A stretch of 64,000 nucleotides of DNA from the NCBI GenBank assembly GCA_051362555.1, contig CM120641.1, forward strand, positions 41,050,401 to 41,114,400. The letters are read 5' to 3'. This document shows positions 1 to 11,764 of the stretch, in pieces. Source of the stretch: Lingula anatina. Its lineage: Eukaryota; Animalia; Brachiopoda. The position numbers and the translations under genes were made by a program. Below the pieces are notes generated by a model. That model searched no databases. It was given only the letters and a program-made list of their open reading frames with translations, and was not told the DNA's origin. How positions within the stretch are numbered: position 1 is the stretch's first letter; each line of letters opens with the position of its first letter.

Positions 1-58
1 TAAAATTCAGCCAAAAAAAATAGGGCTAAAAAGAATCAATCTATCAAAGAAAAGATAA

Positions 59-97
<39 letters not shown>

Positions 98-132
98 AAC
101 AATATCTAAAAAAGAAGGTAGCAAATCCTCAC

Positions 133-3100
133 CTCTAGTTCATATTCATCAAAAATGCTGAGCAAGTTATCAGGCACCAAGTCATTAAGTCCTTTCAGAA
201 AAGCTTCCATTTCCTCCTTTATTGTAGTTGCCAGCTGATATTGTGCCAAAGCATCCAAGTACTGGTGTCTGTTGGCTTTGGTCACTGGCACCTGAGCTCC
301 ATTGGGGATCAAGTTAACTGTCTGTTAACAATAAAAAAAATAATAAAATAATAATAAATAAATAAATAAATAGAATAACCATCCACACAGACTTTGGTAG
401 TAAAGTTATAAACAAGCTCACATATCACTTCAAGTGTTTCTTTTGTCAGAAAATATAAAAATGCACTCCTGGTAAAGGCTACAATGAGATATGCTAACTC
501 CATATAACACCTTATTCCTCTGGAAAAAAAATGTCTTGCTAGACACTGAAATATTGGAACAGAAATACTCACAACTTTTGAATTTCTTGAGTTTAACTTT
601 TGTTTGGAGAACCTATTATCAAAATACAGCTAGCTCCTGAAATTCTTTGCTATACTCCTCTTTTACTTTTTTGTTACTGTTTTGTCTTGTTATTATGCTT
701 CTAAATTTTTACATGAACAAAACTCACCCTTTCAAGCTCATTTTTCTCATTGTACTCCTCCTCCACAAAATGCATGTCCATATCTGCGGGATCATTCTCT
801 AAAACATACTTGATTTTGGTGGTATACAGATCTGGGTCATCTTGTTCAAAGTACTGATCAGAAACAAAGTAAGAAAATACTTTGATACCAAAATGTTTTT
901 AGCACCACAGATATACATTATTTTATGCCTTATCAAAACAAACTTACATACTATATGAATATGATTTTAAACTTAAAATTCAGCCCCTTCCCACAAAAGG
1001 TATGCTTTATACACAGCCTAGCTCTCATACTAATAAAATTTCAAGTGTTTTACCTACCTTGTAATTGACACGTAACCCAATCAATTGAGCCAAGAATGAC
1101 CGTGCAAACTTAGCACTGACTTGCTGTTTGTAAGAGCCTCCTAAGGCAGATTCATACAGAATCTTGCCCACAACTTTCCCAGCAAATTCATAGTATTTCA
1201 GCTTCAGGTCTTCTGGCCTCTTTGGGTTGGGCAGAACCTTGTGGAAAAATATCAAAATCATAGTATTGTATGCAATTATGCAAATATATTTTATAATTGT
1301 GAAAAAGGTGGGTTAATTAGTGAGATAGCCTGACACACCTACATGAAAGTGTTGCAAATAATAAAAATAATAATAATAATAATAAACAGGTTGCATCAGC
1401 CTCAATTTCCTAGTGTGTATTTCATGAAGTTCGATTAAATATACATATTTGACAATCAGGTTCTAAGATTTCAACTTATCAGTCTTCCACAAGACAAAAG
1501 GTGTCAAGGAGCATTTGTGAACAATACTCACAAGTCCCTGGGGGTCATCTTTCTTTAATCTCCTGAATAGCTTGGATTTACTGGGATCAAAAATGTTAAT
1601 GCACAAGAGATGAAACCATTCCCTCCTCAATCCACCCCAATCCAGACCTAAGAAATGTAGCAAAGTACTATTATTAAAATATTATTGACATTTAAAACCA
1701 TCAAAATTCAGTGCATAAAGGCATAATATGCATATGAAAGTAATTAATAAGTAAATAAATTACTTTTAAAAAATCTGCAGACAGCTATAGATGACTGACC
1801 ACTCTATTATAAGAACCCATTCTCTCTTAGTGCAAGTATCCTTTGAGGCATGTTATACATTTTGTGTTACTTAGTGTATCTGAAGTGTCATATTACCTAC
1901 CTTGTTCCCCAATGAACTGAATCTCAAAATTCTTGCACCAGTCAGCAATGTTGAACCCTTTGGTGGCTTTAAATGACTAAAATGAAATTTTTAAATCAAA
2001 AAAAAAAAAAAAAATCACAAATCAGATTTTTATGTTAAAAAACAATTTAATAATTTTTCTAATGGCTCTTTTTGCAAAGCCTTATGGCACAATTTAAAAT
2101 ATGAGCACAATATATGTAATGCATCTCTGATTTTCTTAGAAAGAAAATGACCTGAAAGGACCTCTATAAACAAACATTTTCTCCAAGTATAATTATCTAA
2201 TAATAACTTTCATTAGAACTTTTGGTTCTGTCATTTTAAACATTGCAACACTGACCCCATGTCAGTCAATCACATAATATGTGCTACTCACACTTTCAAA
2301 AAAGTTACTCCTGTCAATCTTAAGTGTCACCTTGGTGTGTTGATGCTTCTGATGATGACTTCTCATTTCACTATAGAAAAATTCTTGTTTTTCTTTGAAA
2401 GACTGTGAACCCCCTTTGATGAAAGTGAGAAATTATTATTTTTCATACTATAAATCAAATGAAACTCATCGGCATTCAGATTTTTTTTGAAAAAAAATTC
2501 ACTTAAGTATTACAAAGACCATTATTTGTATAAAAAAAACCTATTCAAGTAATAATATACAATGTCATAATCATAATAGTCATTTACCCCATTTGCAAAG
2601 AAACTATTCTTTTCCATGCACCATTGATTAAACCTGTTTTTTTTTTTAAACTAATGAGCAAAAGCCCACAAAGAATCATACAGAGAAAAAAAAGCAACAT
2701 TGAAAAATGTAAAACTTTTGAACATACAAATTAAATACTTACCAATATTCTTTATAAGGTGGTTAGTAAAAGTGGCAACAATTAAGCTTCTATCTTTACT
2801 GGCAAGCTCAACTTGGGGCTGTGTGCTATCTTCTATGATAAACACAGGAGCATCATACTGATTGTTCATCCCATCAAACAAAAACTAAAGCAAAAAAAAA
2901 AATAAAATAAATAAAGCATTTACATAACATGCAGGGGTTTTTTTATAAATATTTCTCAAAATCTCAGTTAACATGAAAATATCTACAAAGTTTTAGTATG
3001 AACTGCAGCATACATCATTTTGCAAAGCTGCTAACAAATAAACACAAATAGTTCTCAACATTTTGGGACAATGCATGGTCATTTTTAAATTTAATTGTTA

Positions 3101-4087
3101 TTGCCATATTGCAAGGTATTGAAATTTCCAAATCATTAAATCCAATTACATGCATCCTTTATTTTGTTATGTCAGATTTCATACCATTGCCATAATGCAA
3201 GGTACTGAAATTTCCAAATCATTAAGTCCAATTACATGCATCCTTAAAGGACCTTTATTCTGTAATATCAGATTTCATACCATTGCCATAATGCAAGGTG
3301 TTGAAATTTCCAAATCAGCAAGTCCAATTAAATGCATCATTTATTTTGAAATATTAGATCTCATACCATGATCAACACTATTCATCACACAACCACAATA
3401 CATACCTTTGTGGATGGACACACTCTAAATGCAGTGATCAATTTTGGGATGATCTTCAAATAATATTCATAAACTTTCAGAGTCTGCAAAGAAATTAAAT
3501 ATAGAAGTTAGGAGATATTATCAAAATATTTAGACTTCATGTTCACCTGTTGATACAATTTTATGCTGAACAAACTACACTACCTCTCTCTATTTATTAA
3601 TGGCTAGATGTTATCAAGAATGATGTTACAAATCGTAGTTCAGAGGCTTGGATAGTTAAAAGTGAAAACTTACCCTGGGTGAAATATAAAGGTAAACTTT
3701 TTTGGCCTTTGAAAAGCGCTCATTGCACAAACTTAGTAACCGGGCCTCATAATAGCACTTGTATTTCTTTTTCTCTATGTTTTTCTTAACCAGGATTGCT
3801 TCATCTTCTGCAAACAATAAAAAACATATTTATAATGTTTTTTATATTTATTGTTCATGAAAAATGGTTCATTTTAACAGGAATTGGGAAATATGAATAC
3901 CCAGAATACTAATAAATATCTCTAAACATGAGCAGTGGAAATCTTATCTAATGTTTGCATTATTGTTGTTGATCCCTCTTCAGTGAAAGCCCTAAGCTCA
4001 TGGTGTTTAAGACTTCTCATATTCAAAGCAATTCTCATTGCATACCAAACAATTCAAACTGATGGACCTCTTCAGATTACCAGATGA

Positions 4088-4119
<32 letters not shown>

Positions 4120-7100
4120 AGGAAAAAAAAATCACTTCTAAAACTCATTACACCTTACCCCCTTGTATCAAATTCAATTTGGTACCTTTCAAAACCACCA
4201 CACTAAACTCCCCGTTACAGACTGGTGTGTCTTGGTAAGAAATGCTGCCTGTAAAACACCCAGGACTGTAGAATTTTATTTTAGCTGCCAGCAGACCAAC
4301 AGGAGCTTCATACAGCAGTTGTGTGTGAACCTGGGCATCTTCATCTGTGCCAGCCTATTGAACACAAATGTAACGGCATGAGGACATAATCAAAAACAAC
4401 ATTGTAAAAATAAGCTAAATCATGGACTTAAAGAATTTCATTAAGTATCACTGTCATCATTATGGGTTAACTTTATATCCACCTATTATAATCTCATTTG
4501 AATGGACACATGAAATAATTTCGCCGGGCTACTTATATTCAAATTTAATCAATCCTCACTTCTTTAAAACTAAATTGCAGTCCACAATTATCATGCTGCA
4601 GTTGTTTTTCTATTGCTAGCTGTGTACACAGATTCCCATAACTGTCCTTTGGTTCAACATAAAGTGTATATCTTAGGTGCTGTGTACAAACAATTGTAGG
4701 GCAGTTGGTCACTACTCTAGTCTTGGTTGGGTTCATAGGACCTAGAAAGAAAGTAATCAGGAATCGATATAATGGATGGCATTAGAAACTAACAATTATT
4801 TGTCTGAAGACACCCCAAGGAATAAATCTGATGGGTATAATCATATACAGTTAAAAATGTATTCATCACTCATTTTTTTCTCTAGAAAAGCCAGAGTAAA
4901 ATAACATCCAATATATTATTAGCTTCTTCAGACAGCTAAATTTCACAAAATATTTGGATAAAATGTTTCTTCAAAATAATATCACATCGCTAATTTACAA
5001 ACCTGACTGGAAAAACTTTTCAAATGGACTCCCCTTGATGGGAACCTCATCGCGCTTTACATGGATATAATACGTCCCAGCACGTCTGACGGTGAAGGAG
5101 ACTGAAGCGATGTGCACTTCGGGATGTCCTAGTTCAACAGCACACGTTACTGGAGGGAAGTTTGTGTCACTTTGGTGCTCAATTTCTATAGACAAATTGT
5201 CAGCGTCTGAGACTGGGTAGACCCTCCCTCCATAAAAGAACTGAAAAAAAAACCAAAAAAAAAAAACCATAAAGCATCATCCAAATATGAAATTAAATAA
5301 GAAAAATATGTTTTAATGTACATTGTGACAGCCCATTGTTTAAAAAAAAGTAAACATACATGTAAAACACAAATTCTGTCAATGCTAAACATTATTTCTT
5401 TTAAAGGAAAGTACAATTGCACAAAATAACATCAGGAGAAATTCATAAAACTACATGTATTACACACTCACATCATTCTCTTGGATAAGTACATACCTTC
5501 AACTGAAATGATAACATTTTCCCAACTTCTTGAGGTTCCTTCCAACCCCAAACAATCTCTTCCCTTGGTGAAGATAGCCATTTTGTTAAACCTTGAAAGA
5601 ACCCAACTTTTGACTGGTTTGAGTTTGTGGCAGTTTGTGATGTTTTATCCACTCCAACTATCTGAGTCAATGCATTCAGTATTGTAATGACACCGGCAAT
5701 TACGAAGCTGACAACAGATATTTTGACTGAAAGTAAAATTGGGAATATTACATCTTATATTAATCTTGTGGTTTTTACACCTTCTGATAAATAAAATGCC
5801 AAACCTAAAGCAGTTTTGCAAATCTTTGTTTAGTAACTTATATGGTTAAGAATCTAGGATTAAATCATACCTCAATAAATAAAAATATGTATGGCAAAGA
5901 AGTCCCCCCCCCCCAAATAATTACTTTCTAAATTCTCTTGGATAAGAACCCATACAAGACTAGAGTAGTGACTAACTGCCCTACAATTGTTTGTACACAG
6001 CACCAAAGATATACACTTTATGTTTTAAATTCAAATTCCTGATGTATATCACTAAAGAATCATTTTAACTGTACTTACCATAGGAGACACTTTTGCCTTT
6101 ACTCTTCTCCACCTCCTTCCATTTAATCTTTTTGTACTGTTCACAGGAATCACCTTTGAATATGTTGCGGAGGTTTTCAACATGTTCTGTTAATCTGAAG
6201 TATTCTTTGAGTGTTACATCATGTCTTGTTAATCTCTGGAACACTATGTCCTCAGCTTTCAGGAGTGATGCCAAGCTTAAAATTTCTTCCTCTTTTAATC
6301 TAAAAATACACAAATATAAAAATAAACATCGAACTTTGTTCTCCTTGCACAAAGAAGGTAGTGTAAAAATTTCAAGACAAAGGTATTCATGAAGACTTCA
6401 TGATAACCTACGTCTCTCTCTCTGTCTATTCAATTCTCCTTTGAAATGTTCTGAAATGACTTTTATGTTGATTGTCAAAAATCTAAAATCTACTCCTAAA
6501 AACCTGTTTAAACATTTGGTCTTTCAAATTGTTTTCTTTTTTCATTTGACTGAAAATGCAAAAAAAAAAAAAAAAAAAAATCATGACACCAAAAAAAATC
6601 AAAGTAAGGTAAATATTGGTAAGAAGTACGTAAACATACCTCTCGAAATACCAGAGGAGATCATTTTCTTGTAACCAGTGTCTCAATAACAGTTGTTCTC
6701 TGAGACTATGTACTGCTTTGAGCAGTTTTGCTCTGTGCTCCTCATATAATAGATGTGGAATGTGCGGTCTCACATTTCTCAATGTAGCATAATCTTCTAT
6801 ATACTTGTTGCCTAAAAGTATGTCAGATTTATCTACAAAACTGGGTTACCATTTTTTTCACCTCTTATTCTGGTTTAGGGTTTAGTAAAACTTAAAATGA
6901 AAAAAAAAAAAAAAAAAAAAAAGCAAATGTGCTGGCTGCTGAGCAATTTGGTTTAGTCAATTCAATCAACATGGGCAAATAACATTTGATGCAAAACTTT
7001 CATTTAGATATCATTCGGTTGCATTTAATTGCATTTTATTCAAATCATTTTTCACATATTAGCATTCATGTAATACTAGTACTACCGTTTTAAACTGTGC

Positions 7101-7577
7101 AATTAAGCAGTCAGTCTCTTATAAATCTGAAATTACAAACACTACACTGACTTTTTCATGAAAAAAAAATCATTCATGCCAGCATTCAATTTACTAAACA
7201 TGCATAAAAGATCACCTAAATTGACAATGATAGCCACACTGATTTCAGTTAAATTTTAACTAAAGTGACATATCTAGAAATAAGTGATGAATAAGAAACA
7301 AAATTACTAGTTCTTACTATATCGCAATACAGTGAGGCTTATCAGGATTTGATGTGATATGAATCTCTATCAACTCAACCGCAATAACAAGAGTTTGGCA
7401 TTTACCTGTATTAACCAAGACAGGGGCCAAAGGCTCTAGTTGGTTCTCTTCAATCCATTCGATGATCCTCCGTTTATGTTCCCGCTCCGGTTGGCTTCTA
7501 CTGTAGGCCCAGTAACCCAAAAATACTGCAAAAAATATGGCAAGAAACTGGAGTATTTTGGAGACAGAAACTGCCAT
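133..7577 (-). CDS. AREL1: Apoptosis-resistant HECT E3 ubiquitin ligase 1 (filamin-like Ig domain + HECT); 3' end lies outside the window
   Basis: In-frame exons 7577-7406, 6811-6640, 6299-6079, 5726-5497, 5240-5003, 4741-4560, 4354-4186, 3807-3674, 3483-3406, 2884-2743, 2413-2292, 1976-1901, 1647-1532, 1237-1058, 853-728, 321-133, all GT-AG. Motifs: WGWKEPQEVG, SFTVRRAGTY..IKGSPF (filamin-type), DWCKNFEIQFIGEQGLDWGGLRREWF, YEFAGKVVGKILYESALG, LLSIFDEYELE (HECT). Confidence 0.92.
3100..3368. repeat. Intronic tandem repeat, about 3 copies of an 85-95 bp unit
   Basis: ATTGCCATA(T/A)TGCAAGGT..TGAAATTTCCAAATCA..TCCAATTA..TGCATC recurs starting near 3100, 3186 and 3282. Confidence 0.85.
5946..6024 (+). 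repeat. Inverted intronic copy of AREL1 exon 6 sequence (4656-4734)
   Basis: 79 nt, 75/79 identical to the reverse complement of 4656-4734 by manual alignment. Confidence 0.93.
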
Positions 7578-8064
7578 TTTTGATGTCTATCATCCGGAAA
7601 ATTCTGCGAAATTATTCATTATGGTGCTGAAACAATACTTGTCATCGGTGGAGTGTATACACCGGAAATATTGATATGATGGCTACTAAAACAAGGATTA
7701 CTATGAAGAGTAAATAACTTATGCGAATAAAATTTTATACTATAACTACTGTTATCATTCATACAATAAAGTATTTTTGGGCATAATTATAGGATTCCAG
7801 CTGCTCGTTAACAAACAACTAATATTAAAAACTGTAATCTACCTATCAGTGCGGGACTGTTATCTGAATTGAAATCGAGGCTGGCAAGGAGCAACGATGT
7901 AAACAATCTTGGTGATTCGTATAATGACCGAAAAGATTTGGATTTCCACATTGGTAAATGATTCCACTTTAAAGGATCATGGAGCTTGACAACCGTTAGA
8001 AAGCTTCAAGCACACACTGGTGAGATATTGACACCTCGTCAATGAGGTACTCTGTTTAACTACC

Positions 8065-11000
8065 ATGTCAACGGAACCATACGAGGAGTTATCCAGTTTT
8101 GGTTCTTTGGTCCGTGTCTCCAACTCTACGGCCCCGACCAGCGTTCCTCCTACGCCAACACCCACAAGCCCACGAAAAACAGCAGCATCATCAAAGTCCC
8201 CAACTCGGCCTAGCCCTGCGAAAAAGAAGGAAGCATTAAGATCATCTTTGGAAAAGCAAAAAGATGATGATAGTGTGAAGGAAGAAGGAGTCTTTTTCTG
8301 GGTGAACAAAAGTGGTTTTCCTATTGATGACATTACGTGGAAAAGGATGTGGGATCACGTCGCTAAGATCCACCCAGATGGTTACAGTGTTGTAAATAAG
8401 ATCAGAGATAATGCAGACTTAGACGAGGTAAAACATACAGGTGTCATTATAAGATGCTATGTGTAACAGTTTTTTAAATGGAACACCGGGAACAATAATG
8501 ATTTTTTTTTACCTTGTTCAGTGATTAAAAGAGCTTAAATTATGTTATCAAAAATCTTCATTGTGATGGATTGACTAAAATCTACTATTTCAAAGTAACT
8601 CATCTTAGAACAGGCAAGTATGAATTTTAAAGTCTATTTTTGTAATAGTACTCTAAATATATTTTTTTCACATTTTCTCAGGTTCCTGTGCCCCAGCCTC
8701 CATTGAATCTTCCAAATTCTATGTCTTGTCAGGATAAACTCAATGCAGTGCAAAACTATATGAGAGAATTACAGTATCCTTTATATTATTCATAAATATT
8801 ATATTAATCAAAATGATAAATTGAATATTTGTAATGCATATTATTATATATACATATATCACAGGTTAAAATAGGCTTAATTCATGCTCTAACTTAACTT
8901 TGTTCAGATATAACCATACTGGGACACAATTTTTTGAAATACGAAAGAATCGACCAATCTCAGGGTGAGTTGCTATTTAACACAGCACATACACTTTTTC
9001 TATGAATAATTTGGATATTTTTTTAACAGACAAATGATTGTTTTTATTTACCACTGATAACAAAGTGAACAATCATTTTGAAACTGGAATGCTTTAATAC
9101 CTTCGGATAAACTAATGTTAGAAACCGGACAATGTGCTTTTAAGAACATATTACTAATTTGTTTTCCAGACTCATGGAAAGTGCAAGAGAAATGATAAGA
9201 GAATCATTGCCAATAAAGTGTCTGGAAGCTGTTATTTTGGGAATGTATCCTTTTATGACACAAATATCATAAGGTGCCAGTACTAAATCATAGATTTGGT
9301 TTGAACACAATTATATAAAAATTTTTAAGAAAATCAGATGAAAAATACAAGCAGTGAGAACATCTGGCTGAAATAAGTCCAGAACTTTGTAAATATGATA
9401 TTTCTCTATCCTATGAGAATTTTGATTAAAAACTTATTTACACTTTCTTTTAAAAAACATTTCTTATTGTATTCACTGGATGATTTTTAAAAGAATCAGT
9501 AGGATTTTAAGTCTCATTAGTTGTTTAGGTCCTTAGCAGAGATTATCAGCCATCTCACCAATGGAATGCCAGGATTAGAGCGTTTTCCTCTTAGTTTCAA
9601 GACCAGTTTCTCAGGAACAGTACACAGACATGTGGTGCTTGGAGTGTGCCATAATGGCAAATATGGAACGATTGGCATGAGCAGGAGGGAGGAGCTCATG
9701 TATAAACCTCTGAAATTCAAAGTGAGCCAAAGATTTAGTGATGTCTGCATGTGGATAAAATCTACAAAATGCACTGAATAAAGATGATTTAGAATCCAAG
9801 TGAATGTAAATGGGTGTTATGATAAGTACTCCTGAGTATAAACTAGTATATTTGTACATCTATATTGATATTTGTAAGTAAGAACTAAACCGCATGGCTT
9901 ATTTTTGTAGTAAAACATATTGAGTGATAATACATGTTTAATGAAGACATATAGTTTGTGAATAGGGTATCTTGTATTGTTAGATATGGATGTTGTGCTG
10001 AATCAAGACATTTTTTCTTTGGTTCTTATTGCAGTCTTTATCTGGATTAGTTTTTGATTATGAAGATTCTTATAATAAATGTAAGTACTGATCTACTTTG
10101 TCCTTTCAGTTTCTTAAATTGAATAAGTTACAAACAAGTTATTGTTGCAAATCTATAGTTTTCATCTTTCTTTAAAAATATCAGGGAATTCTTAACATTA
10201 ATATGGCAAAAAAATGGAGTTTAATAAAAACGTTTAATTAAATTTATTATATTTTCAGATCTGCATGAAGTGAAGAAAGTAAAACTTGGATTGCCAGTAC
10301 CACATGATTCTCACAGTTATGAACAGATAAGCTGGAAGGTATGTGAAATTCATTTCTTGATTTAAAAAACTTCTTTTGAAATGTTTTGTTGTTGTGACCA
10401 TTTGTCTTCTGCTATCTTGAAATCAAATGCTCATTTGTACTAATTCTCATTTTTTAATTATTAAATTGCAGTACTTAAGTTTGAACTGCCAACAACTGAG
10501 TAGAACAGAAATGAACAAAGAGTTGGAGAAGCATGCTAGAGAAGTGAGAAGCATGGTATGTAAAAGTTAATGGCATTAGGATGAATTTGAATAACTTGGT
10601 CATAAACATTTACTTAGTATGCCTTTGTCTCTTCTGAAGTATCTGTAGGAACTTACCATTAGCCCCTCAAAATGCCATGTTTGAACCAATTTACACATAT
10701 GTACATACCGGTAATTAAATATACATCAAAGCATGTCAATGGAATAGTACAAAAATTGGGGGTGAATTGAAAGGTTGGCATTTTAAAGATCATAATCACA
10801 TCACTTTATCTAGATGAAGAGTGCAACTGGCCCCCTGTATACTGGAAAGAAAACAGCTGGTCACGGTTCCAACAGCACCAATAGTGCAACGATGAACAGC
10901 AATGCAACATCACAGAAGAAAGAGGAATCATCAGTCAAAGACAAGATAATTGTCCATGACAAGTAAGATCATTTTATGGGAGATATATTTAAGACCTCTA

Positions 11001-11281
11001 ATTATTTAACACCTGATATAAAACCAGTCATCAACTAGATAAAGCTCTTAATAAATATTCTAATTCAACCTAGGACACTGGCGTTTAATGGGTCTTCTAT
11101 TCAGTTGAATAGTTTTATGCTACTATGAATTTAATATCTTTACATTTTCTAGTGTCAATTTGGTAATTTTTCAATGAATTTTGTATTGAATTGCAGGGAA
11201 AAAATGGACGATGGATATGAGGATCCCTGCAATGCAAGTGAAAGCAAGAAACTGGACCCAGCTTATCAAATCCGCATATAG
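8065..11281 (+). CDS. VASH: Vasohibin (tubulinyl-Tyr carboxypeptidase), about 400 aa
   Basis: Exons 8065-8427, 8682-8773, 8908-8964, 9170-9244, 9550-9721, 10035-10080, 10259-10338, 10472-10555, 10814-10962, 11197-11281 sum to 1203 nt. Motifs: [43 protein letters not shown] (catalytic Cys), [16 protein letters not shown], and C-terminal YQIRI. Confidence 0.96.
8774..8907 (+). other. U12-type (minor spliceosome) GT-AG intron in vasohibin
   Basis: Donor GTATCCTTT at 8774. Branch-like ACTTAAC at 8892-8898, just upstream of AG 8906-8907. Splicing restores LQ|YNHTG. Confidence 0.88.
9245..9549 (+). other. Second U12-type GT-AG intron in vasohibin
   Basis: Donor GTATCCTTT at 9245. Branch-like TCCTTAG at 9530-9536 and no polypyrimidine tract before AG 9548-9549. 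Splicing restores GI|HLTNG. Confidence 0.88.
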
Positions 11282-11764
11282 TCCATAAGAAGTCTGCAGA
11301 CTGTACATGTTTTATCTGTGATATCTGTTGCTGTGATCAAGTTACAAGTGGACTTTTAGTGTAAAGAAAGAACTACAGAGAACCAAAAGGCACATTTAAC
11401 TTGATGTTTTATTGGTTTCTACATTTCAAGCCAGTTCACCTTCAATACAAAAATAGTTTTCATATAAAAAAGTAGGCAGGATTTAAACTCTTCATATTTT
11501 GTATAAAAATTTGTATAGTATTAAATAAAATATAACCATTCAAAAAACTGAAATGATGCATTCTACTGTGATATACTTACATCATCAAAAAAAGTAATTT
11601 GCATTCTTAAATGTCAATCCAATGAGGAATTTTAAAGAAAACATACCTTTGAGTGTTTTTTAACTATTGGGTTTTATCTTAGCAAAAAAAAACGCAAAAC
11701 ACAAAAAAAACTGCCACCCGTAATTTACTATATAAACCACTATCATGTGTACCAAATCCCCTCA

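Noticed and set aside
7977-8333. 118-aa antisense ORF over vasohibin exon 1
   Set aside because: Mirror of a Pro/Ser-rich coding exon; no independent evidence.
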